Counted from the stretch's first letter, positions 32,227-42,902 are shown. The stretch: DNA of 64,000 nt from an uncultured delta proteobacterium (GCA_963804165.1 CAWDPO010000006.1:160001-224000); one strand, 5' to 3'. Translations and numbers: made by a program. The notes: generated from the sequence alone by a model not told the origin.

Positions 32227-33102
32227 TCATTTTCCCAGATGAATCGCAAAATTGCCGGCGACGACGCTCAATATACCGGCGATGACCTTCCAATGGATCG
32301 ACTCGACGTCGCGCAGAAAAATCGCCGATTGGATCAGCGACCAAACCGGATAGCTCGCCGCGATGGGCGCGACGATAACGACGCGTCCCATGCTGATCGC
32401 AGTAATGATTAGTAGGATCGAGATCGTTTCACAGAATCCGGTGGCGAGAAACGGTCCGATCGCCCGGCGGTTCCATACCAGACGCAGCGATCGCGGCGAT
32501 AGCGCGTAATAGATCAAAAATCCACCGAGCGACACGGTGCCCATCAGCGCGGAGAAGAACAACGGCTCGTTCGCCATCGTCAAAACATAGCGCCGGATCG
32601 GGTGATTGATCCCTGTAAGAAATGCCGCGCCGATCGGCAACAACAAATGCCAGGTGCGAAAGTCCGGAAACTGCCGCTCGGGTTTCCATGAGATCAAAAC
32701 AATGCCAAGCACGACTAACAAGGTGCCGAGGATGATCAGCAGCGTCGTGGGCTCGCCGAGAAACGTGATCGCGATGGCCGCGCTGATCAGCGGGCTCACG
32801 GACTGCAGCGCGCTGCTGCGCGACGCGCCGATCTTTTCCACGCCCGTATAGGCGAGCAAACGCACGGCCAACTGAAAGAGGCCGACCAGCGTAAAGAGCA
32901 AGACGCCGGCGAGCGGCACGGCGTGAATACCGCCGGTTACAAATATCGCCGACCATAAAAGCAAGTTTTGCATAAGGATCGAAACGAGAGTGACGGTGGT
33001 GGGCGTCGAGTAGCGCAAGCCGGCGCGCGCCGAAACCAGCGCGGAAGCGTAAAAAACGGAACAGATAAGCGCGAGAAGCTGCGCCGTCGCGTCGGATGTC
33101 AT
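32227..33102 (-). CDS. DMT/EamA family transporter
   Basis: About ten hydrophobic segments; FLGE and FLRD motifs closing two EamA repeats. Confidence 0.87.
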   Translation of the reverse strand: MTSDATAQLLALICSVFYASALVSARAGLRYSTPTTVTLVSILMQNLLLWSAIFVTGGIHAVPLAGVLLFTLVGLFQLAVRLLAYTGVEKIGASRSSALQSVSPLISAAIAITFLGEPTTLLIILGTLLVVLGIVLISWKPERQFPDFRTWHLLLPIGAAFLTGINHPIRRYVLTMANEPLFFSALMGTVSLGGFLIYYALSPRSLRLVWNRRAIGPFLATGFCETISILLIITAISMGRVVIVAPIAASYPVWSLIQSAIFLRDVESIHWKVIAGILSVVAGNFAIHLGK

Positions 33103-33180
33103 GTCAGATGCTGATCGCGCACAAGATCATTGATGTGAAGGTCGCAACTGCCACCGCTGCTTTTACGAATCGCAGATTTG

Positions 33181-33296
33181 AATGTCATCCTGAGGCGATA
33201 GCCGAAGGATCTCGTCTTCGCAAGCTGCAGAAGGGCAAGATTCTTCGCTGACGCTCAGAATGACATCTATGTGAATTGGGCGATCGACAAAGTCTC
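33181..33296. repeat. MITE/REP-like element (same family)
   Basis: TGTCATCCTGAG...GAAGGATCTCG...CTCAGAATGACA...AGTCTC. Confidence 0.7.
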
Positions 33297-33452
33297 TTGA
33301 GGGAAGGGATGATTCAGTAAGCATCCTCGTCTTAATCCTCTTCCGTCGCGGGAGAGGAAACAAAAATTGCAATGTTCGAGAAAAGCAAATTTGAAGCTTA
33401 CAACACAGTAGTCGGCGAGAGATGTTACCTGATTGTTCGAACGGGCACGCTC

Positions 33453-34022
33453 CTAGCTCTTCGCCAGCGCCTGGCGAAACTTTTCGCGATACTCGACGTT
33501 GTAGAGACGCGGAAAGTTTTCCGGGTATGCTTCTACGCCGGCCTCGACCTTGAGAGTCACGAAAACCGGCCCCTCTTCTTTAAGAATCTCTGGCAACCTC
33601 CGTTCCCATTCGGCGAGCTCGGAAATTTCAAAAGTTTTCTTGTAGCCGGCCGACTTGGCCAGCTCGGCGAAACGAATTTCCCCGACGCGAGGTATGGGCA
33701 CCGAGCCGTTGGTTTCGTAGCAGCCGTTCTCACACAGGCAATGCACGTAATTTTTCGGTGCTTGATTGGCGATCGTCACCAGACTGCCGAGATTCATGAG
33801 CAGGCTGCCGTCGCCGTCGAACACGACGACCTTCTTGTCAGGCCGGCCCAGCGCCAGGCCCAAAGCATGAGACGAACCTTGTCCCATGGCCCCGACGAAA
33901 GTGTAATTCAGATCGTTAGGCGCGATATGCGTCAGCTCCTGCGCCGCCGTATAAACCGCGACGACGATCTCGTCTTTGCGCTGGCGCGTGAACGCTTTGA
34001 GCATTTCATCTCGTTTCATCAT
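33453..34022 (-). CDS. TPP-binding subunit, sulfopyruvate/phosphonopyruvate decarboxylase beta-like
   Basis: GAMG and DGDGSLLMNLG...NGCYETNG TPP motif. Confidence 0.87.
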   Translation of the reverse strand: MMKRDEMLKAFTRQRKDEIVVAVYTAAQELTHIAPNDLNYTFVGAMGQGSSHALGLALGRPDKKVVVFDGDGSLLMNLGSLVTIANQAPKNYVHCLCENGCYETNGSVPIPRVGEIRFAELAKSAGYKKTFEISELAEWERRLPEILKEEGPVFVTLKVEAGVEAYPENFPRLYNVEYREKFRQALAKS

Positions 34023-34024
34023 GG

Positions 34025-34534
34025 CTAGCGTGGCTCCCTTCCGATGAGAATTGCCGTAGGCGAAGAATTGGCAAAAGCCTTTTCGATGACCGGCGCGATC
34101 TGCTGGCTATCGGCGTCTCGTTCAATGAGATGATGCTCGATGCCCATGACGTCGAGTATCGGTTCGATGATCTTCACTCCGTACTTCTTCGACTTGGTCG
34201 GTGCGATATCCGGCTCCTTACCCAGCAAGCCGACGACCATACAGACCGGAAAATGGCCTTCTACTGCGACGCCGCGGATGGCGTTGATCGAGTCGAGGAA
34301 GCCGGTGTATTGCATCATGAACACCGACTTGTGGCCCGCGGCGTAGAGCCCGCTGCAAATCGACACGCCCTCGTCTTCCTTGCAAACCTGCACGACTTTG
34401 AATTCCGGATCGTTGAGCAAGCCCTTTAACAAATAGTGGCTGGTGACGCGGTCCGGCAGCGCCACGACGAAACGAATGCCGGCGCGCTTGAATTGATTCT
34501 TGATCGACTCCGCCGTCAATGGGTAGTCTGACAT
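34025..34534 (-). CDS. Sulfopyruvate decarboxylase alpha-like subunit
   Basis: VALPD and CKEDEGVSICSG motifs; adjacent to the beta subunit. Confidence 0.82.
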   Translation of the reverse strand: MSDYPLTAESIKNQFKRAGIRFVVALPDRVTSHYLLKGLLNDPEFKVVQVCKEDEGVSICSGLYAAGHKSVFMMQYTGFLDSINAIRGVAVEGHFPVCMVVGLLGKEPDIAPTKSKKYGVKIIEPILDVMGIEHHLIERDADSQQIAPVIEKAFANSSPTAILIGREPR

Positions 34535-34639
34535 AGCCACCTCCAAGTCAAAAATCCGTTCAAGGTTCCATGTTCAAGGTCCCCACCCCCATTCCGAATC
34601 TTTGACTTTGAACGTTGAACCTTGAACTTTGAACAAAAT

Positions 34640-36151
34640 TTACGCGACCTCCTCCACAAAATCCGCTAACCGCTCGCCGATCATGATCGACGTTAAATTG
34701 GTATTGGCGCGGCTCACCACCGGCATGATCGATGCGTCGCCGACCCAGATGTTCTGCATGCCGTGCACGCGCAGCCGCTGATCGACCACCGCCATGTTGT
34801 CCGATGCGGGACCCATCTTACAGGTGCCGACGCCGTGGTGATAGCTGTCGTAAGTCTTGCGCGCGAACGCGCCCCATTCTTCACCCGGGCTGGGTTGAAT
34901 CATCGGGCCATAATATTCTTTGATCTGTGGCTGGCGCACCAGTTCGTCGATAAATTGCATCGCTTCGACCATCGCTTTCAAATCTTCGGGATGTTCGAGC
35001 ATGCGCGAGTCGATACCGACTTGATCATGCGGATCGGCGCTCTGAAGAAAAACCCGGCCTCGATTGCGCTGTTCGAGCAAGTGCGCCGAGATCGGCATCA
35101 TCCTTTTTAACCCCGTCACTTCCGTCGGCGGGCGCATGTTGATGTGAAAATTTGCCGCTTCGCTGATCGGATTTTTGCGAATGATCAAGCGGAAGCGAGG
35201 CACCACCCAGTCCACCTTTGACTCTTTCGGACCTTCGTATGTCATGAAGACCACAGGATGATCCTGATAGTTCTCGCCTATACCGTTTAACTCATGAATG
35301 ATAGCAATGCCGTGTTTCTTGAGCTCCGCCGACGGCCCGATGCCGGAGAGCATCAGAATCTGGGGTGAGCCGTAGACACCGGAGGTAATAAGAATTTGCC
35401 CACCGAGCGCAGTGTGCATCTCCCCGTTCTTTTCATAATTCACGCCTTCGGCTTTCTTGCCGGAAAGCTTGAGCGAATGCACCGCCGCCTCATCGATGAT
35501 CGTCAAATTCTTGCGGCCGCGCGCTTGGTTCAAATAGGCGATGACGGTCGACTGCCTTTTGCCGTCCCTAATATTATACGGCGAGGCGCACACGCCGTAC
35601 GGCTCCGGCACGTTGAGGTCCGGACATTTCGGCAGACCCATGCTGTAGGCCGCTTCGAGAAACGCCCGCACCGGCGGGGCAGCCTCCATGTCGAGCATAA
35701 AATTGCGCTTGACGTAAAGCGGTCCGTCTTTGCCGTGGATCGGGCTATCGGGAAAATCCTGGTCCGACTCGATCTTTTTCATGAAAGGCAAGCAGCGGTC
35801 GTAGGTCCAATCCGGATTTCCCGCCGTTACCCACTGATCGAGATCGTAACGCTGCGGACGGAGCACCGACATCACGTTGACCGACGATCCACCGCCCATG
35901 ATGCGCCCGGCAAGAGCGTAATAAGTGCTGCCGTCGAGGTGGCGCTGCGTCGGAAACATCGCGACGAACTCCGACTCCAGGAGCAACCGGGTTTGCTTGG
36001 ACGCATCGGCGACCAATTCGGGAATCGGCTGCGGATCGGGCCCGGCTTCGAGCAACAGCACTTGCCTATTCGAATCTTCCGAAAGCCGCGTGGCCGCAAC
36101 ACACCCCGCCGACCCGCCGCCGACAATAATTACGTCGTACTTATCCGCCAT
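34640..36151 (-). CDS. GMC oxidoreductase (choline dehydrogenase-like)
   Basis: IVGGGSAG, MGGGSSVN, HGVGTCKMG and DASIMP...NTN motifs. Confidence 0.92.
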   Translation of the reverse strand: MADKYDVIIVGGGSAGCVAATRLSEDSNRQVLLLEAGPDPQPIPELVADASKQTRLLLESEFVAMFPTQRHLDGSTYYALAGRIMGGGSSVNVMSVLRPQRYDLDQWVTAGNPDWTYDRCLPFMKKIESDQDFPDSPIHGKDGPLYVKRNFMLDMEAAPPVRAFLEAAYSMGLPKCPDLNVPEPYGVCASPYNIRDGKRQSTVIAYLNQARGRKNLTIIDEAAVHSLKLSGKKAEGVNYEKNGEMHTALGGQILITSGVYGSPQILMLSGIGPSAELKKHGIAIIHELNGIGENYQDHPVVFMTYEGPKESKVDWVVPRFRLIIRKNPISEAANFHINMRPPTEVTGLKRMMPISAHLLEQRNRGRVFLQSADPHDQVGIDSRMLEHPEDLKAMVEAMQFIDELVRQPQIKEYYGPMIQPSPGEEWGAFARKTYDSYHHGVGTCKMGPASDNMAVVDQRLRVHGMQNIWVGDASIMPVVSRANTNLTSIMIGERLADFVEEVA

Positions 36152-36193
36152 GTGTTATCCTCGCGTTAGACGATCACAGGTCGAATCTAATAC

Positions 36194-36286
36194 GAGATTC
36201 TTCGGCTTCGCCTCAGAATGACATACGAGCAGACACTCAGCACACTGCTTCGGCGGTGTCATCCTGAGCGTTAGCGAAGGATCTCG
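36194..36286. repeat. REP pair of the GTCATCCTGAG family, halves in reversed order
   Basis: GAGATTCTTCG...CTCAGAATGACA then TGTCATCCTGAGCG...GAAGGATCTC. Confidence 0.65.
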
Positions 36287-36316
36287 ACCTGTCTCTTGAC
36301 CTTTCCCATACTAAAC

Positions 36317-36769
36317 TCACGCCTGTTCGCCAAGGCCTTTGCGCAGGCGCCGGGTGAATTCTTGCAGGATCAACGTCGCAGTAGCGCGCAAAACCATGTC
36401 GCCGAGGATCCCTAGGCGGCCTTTGATCTGCACATCGGCCTTGTAATCCATCTGCGATTTGGTTTCCGACATCGAGTGCAAATCCACTGTCATATCCGCA
36501 TTCACCGTGCTTTTGGTTACCGTATCTGTCCCCTGCGTCCGCACAACCATCTGCTCGGGCGGCCGGCTCTCAAGAATCGTCGAGCGAAAGTTGAATTTTC
36601 CCGAGATCGGCCCCACGTTGGCGGAAATAATCCCATCGAAAGTCTTATCGTCGATCTGCTTCACCTCATCGATACCCGGCAAGCAGGTAGAAAATTTGTT
36701 GATATCGATCAAAAACTCCCAGGCTTTTAGCACCGGGACGTCCAAATCGATCTTGCCGTCGAAAATCAT
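36317..36769 (-). CDS. CoxG/SRPBCC family protein
   Basis: WEFL...CLPG...VGPISGKF...GRLG pattern. Confidence 0.85.
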   Translation of the reverse strand: MIFDGKIDLDVPVLKAWEFLIDINKFSTCLPGIDEVKQIDDKTFDGIISANVGPISGKFNFRSTILESRPPEQMVVRTQGTDTVTKSTVNADMTVDLHSMSETKSQMDYKADVQIKGRLGILGDMVLRATATLILQEFTRRLRKGLGEQA

Positions 36770-36874
36770 CGCACCAATTCCTCCAAGCCAAACTCCCGCG
36801 CGATCTTATGTGACAAAAAAATCGGTGACAAGTCCCAAGGAGCCTCGATTAGAATTAATCGGGGTGAACGCAGC

Positions 36875-37444
36875 CTATGGCAGGACGTTTACAATTTTCC
36901 CGGGTAGTCGTTTGGCGGTTCTTTCCCGATGCGACGGCAACCGCGGCTTTGGCCAGCGCGACCGGACTGGCCGATCTGCCGCGCTATCGCTGACGTAGGC
37001 CCACTTCACTTTACCAGAAGGATCGACGACGTAGGTGACCGGAGCGGCAATCAGGCCCGCCCAATGGCCTTCGTTTTCTGTGCCCACCGCTCGAATGAGC
37101 TCTGCATCCGGATCACACAAAAGGCGTACCGGATACGGATCCAACGGAATATGCGGTCGGCCTTCTTAGCAATCGCGGGTGACTCTCTCGAGAAATTTCT
37201 TTCCCTCCTCGGGCGGCTCGACGCTGACACCAAAGATATGCACTTTTCCTTTGAGATAGCGTTCCCACTCGTAACAAAGGCGGTCACCTGGGCCCGGCAC
37301 CAGGGTCACCAGCGGCCGCGGTAAAAGAAAATCACCGTGGAAGGCGCTTTAGCGAAGGTACGGGAAATTCGACCATCGCGCCATTGATATCTTTGAGAGT
37401 TGCTTTGGGGACTGATCTCCGACCTTTAATTTTGCGATCGTCAT
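36875..37444 (-). CDS. Peroxiredoxin-like (AhpC/TSA) protein, probable selenoprotein (UxxC); several frameshifts, 3' end approximate
   Basis: LKVGD N-terminus; FFYRGRW-TGA-PWCRAQ (TGA at 37308-37306); C-terminal LLCDPD...PVTYVVDPSGKVKWAYV...DRP. Confidence 0.72.
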
Positions 37445-37504
37445 TTCTTCCAATATTTGGTGGACGGGTTTCAACCCGCCTTTACGCGCCAACGCCGCGC
37501 CACG

Positions 37505-38053
37505 TTAATCTCGAATCTCGTGTTCCCACTCATTCAGAATCAACTTTCCCGACACCGGCATTCGTTTACGCATAGAGTTAACCGTATGGCAGCCTTTATC
37601 AGCCGCTTGAGCGACTTTGATCACATTCTCAAGTGGCGAGGGGCTCTTGATCCTGAAAACATAACTGATGCCCTGCGCGGCGTCGGAAAAGTTTTTGATC
37701 GGGAACTTACCGGTCAAGTCGTAGGTCATGCGTAGATCCATTTCCAGATCGTCGATGGTCACTTCGGCTTTCGCGGCAAGGCGCCTCAGTTGGCTGAACA
37801 TGCAAAAACCGATGGAGGCAATGAAATACTGCAACGGCGAGGGACGTTTGCCGGCCTGTTTCTTGAAGTTCTCGTCGTCGCAATAAACCGTGTAATCTTC
37901 AGTTTGTTCGATCTTGACCAGCGCTTCGTTCAAACGAATGATGGCGCGCTGCTGCAGCAGATAACCGTCCGAATCACCGGAACCGTGCTCCCGCTCTTCT
38001 TCGTAGACGACCCGAAACTTTCCGAGATCGATGGTTCCCGGAATCGTTGGCAT
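37505..38053 (-). CDS. OsmC-like protein
   Basis: PSPLQYFIASIGFC...ADKGCHTVNS two-Cys pattern. Confidence 0.8.
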   Translation of the reverse strand: MPTIPGTIDLGKFRVVYEEEREHGSGDSDGYLLQQRAIIRLNEALVKIEQTEDYTVYCDDENFKKQAGKRPSPLQYFIASIGFCMFSQLRRLAAKAEVTIDDLEMDLRMTYDLTGKFPIKNFSDAAQGISYVFRIKSPSPLENVIKVAQAADKGCHTVNSMRKRMPVSGKLILNEWEHEIRD

Positions 38054-38056
38054 GGT

Positions 38057-40283
38057 TTACTTTGCGCCGTGCAGTGCCTGATAAATCTTTTCCGCCGTGA
38101 TCGGTAAACTCTTAATTCTCACCCCGCAGGCATCTTCCACTGCGTTGGCAATGGCCGCGGCTGTGGGAATATTGCCGGTCTCGCCGATCGGCATGCTGTC
38201 GTAAGGGCCGGCTCCGTGCGGCTCTTCCGTCACCGAGCCTTTAAAAGCCGGAACATCCTTGATCGTCGGGATCTTGTACTCGCCGAAGTGAGTCGTCGCG
38301 ACTTTACCGTCGTTGATGATCACTTCTTCCATCAGCGTGTAGCCGATGCCCGTCATGCTCGCGCCTTCGATCTGCCCCTGATGCATCAACGGGTTAAGTA
38401 CTGTGCCGGTATTATGCGTCGAAGTGAATTTTTTTAGCTCGACTTGTCCGGTTTCCGGGTCGACTTCCACTTCCGCCACCTGGACACACATGGACGCTGC
38501 GTGAACCTTGGAACTGTCGTTAAAAGTCGCATCGACGGCGATCGGTGCTCCCTTGGCTTTGACAATTTCGCCGTAAGTCATGCGTCGTTCCATGCGCGGA
38601 TGGAGCGCCGCTCCCTTCGCGAGTGTGATTTGATCCGGCGCGGCGCCCATTTGCTCCGCCGCCGATTGCTTGATCGCCTCGACTGCCTTGAGCGCGGCCG
38701 TATAACCGGCGTTACCATAGACCCGCGTCGCCCGGCTGCCGCCGACCCCGGTATCTTTAACGCCCGTTTGCGTATCCAATTGCCGAATCCTGATCTGGCT
38801 CAACGGAATTTTGAGCTCCTCTGCAACGATTTCGCTCAGAACTGTGTAAGTACCCGCACCTTGATCCGCCATCGCGGAGGAAATGGTGGCAATCCCGTTC
38901 TCATCCAGCGAGATCGCCACCGTTCCTATGCCCCCGGCAGGCGTCCATTGCACCAAGGCGACGCCGCGCCCGACATTTTTCGGCTTGGGTCTTCTGGTAG
39001 CCTGAATCATCCAGCGCCTTTTTTAAGGTCTCGTCCGTCTTGATATAGCTGTACTCCTCGCCCGTCGGATCGATATCGCCGTCGTGCATGAAGTTTTTCT
39101 GACGCAGTTTGATCGGGTCCATGCCCAACCGTTTGGCGATCATATCCAACTGGCTCTCATTGGCAAAAAATCCCTGAGGATCGCCGGGTGAGCGCATATG
39201 GCCGCAGGGGATTTTATTGGTGTAGACCATATGTTCTTCGAGAAACACGTGCGGGATCTTGTAAGGTCCGGCCGACAGGTGCGGGCCATTGAGGAAAGCG
39301 TTGGGCTTGAAAGCTCCGTAAGCGCCGCTGTCGAAGATGAAATTCATGTGGTGCGCGACCAAAGTGCCGTCCTTTCTCACGCCGGTTTTAACATGGATGA
39401 TCGAGGCGTGGCGCGGATTGCCGGCGGTGAATTCTTCCTCGTAATCCATCACCAGCTTTACTGGACGGCCGGCTTTTTTGGAAAGAAGATAAACGACGGC
39501 GAGATCCATGAAATCGCCCTTCCCGCCGAAGTCACCACCGATGTAAACGGGATTGAAGTTGAGCTTCTCCTGCGGCAGCTTGAGGGCGTTGGCGACTTGC
39601 TCGCGCACGCCATAGGGGACCTTGCTGCACGACCAGAACTCCGCCGAGCCGTCTGCCGCGGCATTGACCACACAGGAATGAGGTTCGATGTAGCTCTGAT
39701 GAACCACCGGCGTGGTGAACGTATTCTCGACGATAACGTCCGCATGGCGAAAACCGGTTTCGAGATCGCCCTTGCCCCAGGTGACGTAGACAAAATCGTT
39801 GGTAGGCTCCTTCAAGGGTTTGGGTAGGCCCTTGTAGTTGGTGACATCTGGATGAAGTAATTTCGCGCCGGGCTTGAGCGCTTCGACCGGATCGAGCAAC
39901 GGCTCGGTTTCTTCGTATTCGACTTCGATCAGATTGAGCGCCTCTTCGGCGATAAGCTCGTCGTCCGCCGCCACTGCCGCTACCTTTTCGCCGATAAACC
40001 GCACTTCTCCGTCGGCGAGGATCGGCATGTCATAGAGCCGCCGGCCTATTTTCAAACCTGTGCAGTCCTGGCCGGTGACGACCGCGTGCACTCCCGGCAG
40101 CGCTACGGCTTTGCTCGTGTCGATGCGTTTGATCTTTCCCGAGGCGATTGGGCTACGCAGCAACTTCCCCCACAACATGCCCGGCACGGTAATATCAACC
40201 GCGTATTTCGCCGCGCCGCTGACTTTTAGCTCGCCTTCGACTCTTGGGGTTGGATTGCCGACGATTTGTTTCGACGACGCCAT
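38057..40283 (-). CDS. Xanthine dehydrogenase/CoxL family molybdopterin-binding subunit (frameshift near 38990)
   Basis: LRSP, VRFIGE, IGGDFGGK, MRSPG, GQIEG and IGE...AAIANAV motifs. Confidence 0.9.
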
Positions 40284-40621
40284 CAGAAGACCTCCTGGTG
40301 CAGACAAATTCTTGGCATTTCTCCGTGTTGCTTGCGCTTTCGCCGCTCCTCGTCATTCTTCCACGCGTTTAGCCATTTCATTCGCGTGCTCGAACGATCG
40401 GTCGAGAGCAAAGAAGAAACTTAAAGGAAGAGCCCCTAGCGCCACGACAAGCTAACGTAAGACAGCCACAAATTCAACAAATCGCGCAACGTGAGGAATC
40501 TTGAGCTGCGTACCCGCGTGTCGATACGCCGCCCCCGGAACTTGATGAAGATTTTCGCGGAATTTATAGGCATTCGTTGCAATGAGGAGCAGGAGCGGTT
40601 TTGCTTTCGGAATGAAAATCT

Positions 40622-42538
40622 TCAACGCGCAAAGGACGATAAACAATCCTGGAATAATTGCAAACTGGCTGCATCGACCTTTTGTCGGGCGATGGGGAAT
40701 CGCTCGCCGGGATCGAGCTTTAAATCGTACGTCGTGACGATATCATCGCGAATACTGAATAGATGTTTGATCGGGTATCTTAAGAGCACAATGTGACCAC
40801 CCCCAAAAGGCTGAACAGACACGACACAACGTTGCCTTGGTGACTCGGAACGTAACTTAGCAGCGTCCAAAAACGACTTTCCGTAAAATTTAGCGTTTGT
40901 TATTCCATACATTTCCAAAATGGTTGGCATAATATCGAGATGGCTATAAAGAGTCGGGACATGTTTCCCAATCGAATACTTCTGTCGATCCGCGACTGAA
41001 GGAATTATCGCCAAGGATGAAACGAAGTTCTCCTGGAACGCCAAGTTTTCGTTGAAGATGTTTCCTTTGTGGATTCCGATCGGCCAGGAATGATCGCCGA
41101 ACACTATGAGCGTGGAATTTGCCGCGTGCTTTTTCAAATAATAGTCTCGAAACATAGAACCAAAATAGTGATCCTGCAAAAAGGTCGTATTAGACAGCTG
41201 CTCCCTTAACGTCGCGGGACTAGGAAATGGCGGCTTCTGGCCAGCTTTCTGCGTGTCCTCAATGCTTTTCTTCTGATGGTCAAATGGAAAATGATTGGTG
41301 GAGGACATCGTAATATACGCGAATATCTTTTGCCGCGAATAATGGTTTTCCAAGTGATCGAAGACTCTGCGATAAAAGATATCTTCCGCGTAACCCCACG
41401 GAAGAAGCTCATCGCCACTCCGTGCAATATCTGCGCTGTGTAGTTCATCAAAGCCAAGCTGTCTGAAAATGACATCCCGTCTACCGAAACTGAAATCGGG
41501 ATAACTTTGATAGTAAAGGGATTTAAATCCGTGTTTACGTAAGACTTCCGGCAAACAGACCAGGCCACTGCTATGTTTCGATGACTGCGTAATACTTTCC
41601 CGCAGGCTAGGTAGAACGGAGCAAAGAATCGTTTCCTGCGCCCGAATTGTCATAACCGCTGATGACTGAATTCTGGGAAATAAGACGCCGTATTGTTCCG
41701 CGATCTGGATCAAATTAGGGGTAATTTGCTTGTTGACCAACTCCGCGTTTAAACTCTCCAGCTGAACCACGATCAAGTTTCGAGTATCCGCGAAAGATGA
41801 AAAAAGCTGATTAACTTTGTTGACCCGAAGTGAATCGTTGAACCAGCGAGTATAGGTCACAACGAGGTCGGACGGCGGAACAAAAAACTGTAAAACAAAT
41901 CTCTTTGGTTCGCTGTCCAAGCATGTCCCCGTGATCGCAAAAATGACCAATCCGGCGAGCAAATGCGCGACTCCAAGGCTCTCACCAAGCTTGATCGCGT
42001 GATTTCGATAGATATTTTCAACACGGTCCCAGAGGTTGAGAACCCCTCTAAAATGAAGCCACAGTAGAAGCATTAGCCCGATTAGCACCAGATAGACATG
42101 CCCGGTAAGTATTTCGAGAGTTCTAAACGCGTCACCGAGGTGATACCATAGGAAGCCAAAATCCAGCGTGAATTGTCGATGGATCCGATACGAAAGTAAG
42201 AGTATTTCTACCAACGAATAAGTCGTGACTAAACCGGCTATGGTGCTCGTGACCGCCCGGCCAAAATTGCCGGCCAATGCGACGGGCAGAAGCCAAAACA
42301 GCACCACAATCGGAGCCACGGCTGCAGTGATTACAGCAACTAAACCGGCTTCCGATCTCATCGTAAATATTTCGGCTACAATTGAAAGAAGGATGATGAG
42401 CGATTGCAAGACAATTGTCACACTAAACGCGGCTCGATCTACTACTTTCAGATTCACTTTGAAAATCTTCCTGCGGATCCCTGACAATCCGTGACTGACG
42501 CGCTTGCATGCGCAAGCAAGTGGAACAGCGTTCAGCAC
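40622..42538 (-). CDS. LTA synthase-like / sulfatase-fold membrane protein; start uncertain
   Basis: N-terminal transmembrane segments; NLIVVQLES, TMSSTNHFPF, VFGDHS and SHLDIMPTIL motifs; visibly AT-richer than flanks. Confidence 0.8.
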   Translation of the reverse strand: MLNAVPLACACKRVSHGLSGIRRKIFKVNLKVVDRAAFSVTIVLQSLIILLSIVAEIFTMRSEAGLVAVITAAVAPIVVLFWLLPVALAGNFGRAVTSTIAGLVTTYSLVEILLLSYRIHRQFTLDFGFLWYHLGDAFRTLEILTGHVYLVLIGLMLLLWLHFRGVLNLWDRVENIYRNHAIKLGESLGVAHLLAGLVIFAITGTCLDSEPKRFVLQFFVPPSDLVVTYTRWFNDSLRVNKVNQLFSSFADTRNLIVVQLESLNAELVNKQITPNLIQIAEQYGVLFPRIQSSAVMTIRAQETILCSVLPSLRESITQSSKHSSGLVCLPEVLRKHGFKSLYYQSYPDFSFGRRDVIFRQLGFDELHSADIARSGDELLPWGYAEDIFYRRVFDHLENHYSRQKIFAYITMSSTNHFPFDHQKKSIEDTQKAGQKPPFPSPATLREQLSNTTFLQDHYFGSMFRDYYLKKHAANSTLIVFGDHSWPIGIHKGNIFNENLAFQENFVSSLAIIPSVADRQKYSIGKHVPTLYSHLDIMPTILEMYGITNAKFYGKSFLDAAKLRSESPRQRCVVSVQPFGGGHIVLLRYPIKHLFSIRDDIVTTYDLKLDPGERFPIARQKVDAASLQLFQDCLSSFAR

Positions 42539-42826
42539 GATCAGGTCATGCTGACTTTCGCCGCTGCTTGACGGTCACAAATAATCGTAAAGTTACACCC
42601 AGCAAGCGATCGATAAGCTAATAGACCGGTGCTCACGCACCGCTAGGGGGCTCTTGCTCCTTGGTGCGCGTTCGCTCAATATCGTCCACCGGTGGGGTCT
42701 ATTTAACGACGGTTGTAAACTTCTTTGAAGGGCGTGACGTTGTATTCTCCGTATACTGTCCTGGAATGGAACAGATCACACAGCCACAGATACCACATGT
42801 TGGCCAGTGCAAATTGCCAGAAGAAT

Positions 42827-42902
42827 TGGCTCCCCGGGAGGGACTCGAACCCCCGACCAATTGGTTAACAGCCAACTGCTCTACCGACTGAGCTACCGGG
42901 GA
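42827..42902 (-). tRNA. tRNA-Asn (GTT)
   Basis: Reverse complement TCCCCGGTAGCTCAGTCGGTAGAGCAGTTGGCTGTTAACCAATTGGTCGGGGGTTCGAGTCCCTCCCGGGGAGCCA folds as a cloverleaf with GTT anticodon and CCA. Confidence 0.97.

Noticed and set aside
37505-38053. Third selenoprotein (OsmC-like)
   Set aside because: The redox position is encoded by TGC (Cys) and the ORF is uninterrupted.
38960-39010. Programmed frameshift in the Mo-hydroxylase gene
   Set aside because: Indistinguishable from the many other indels in the window, and this family is normally a single ORF.
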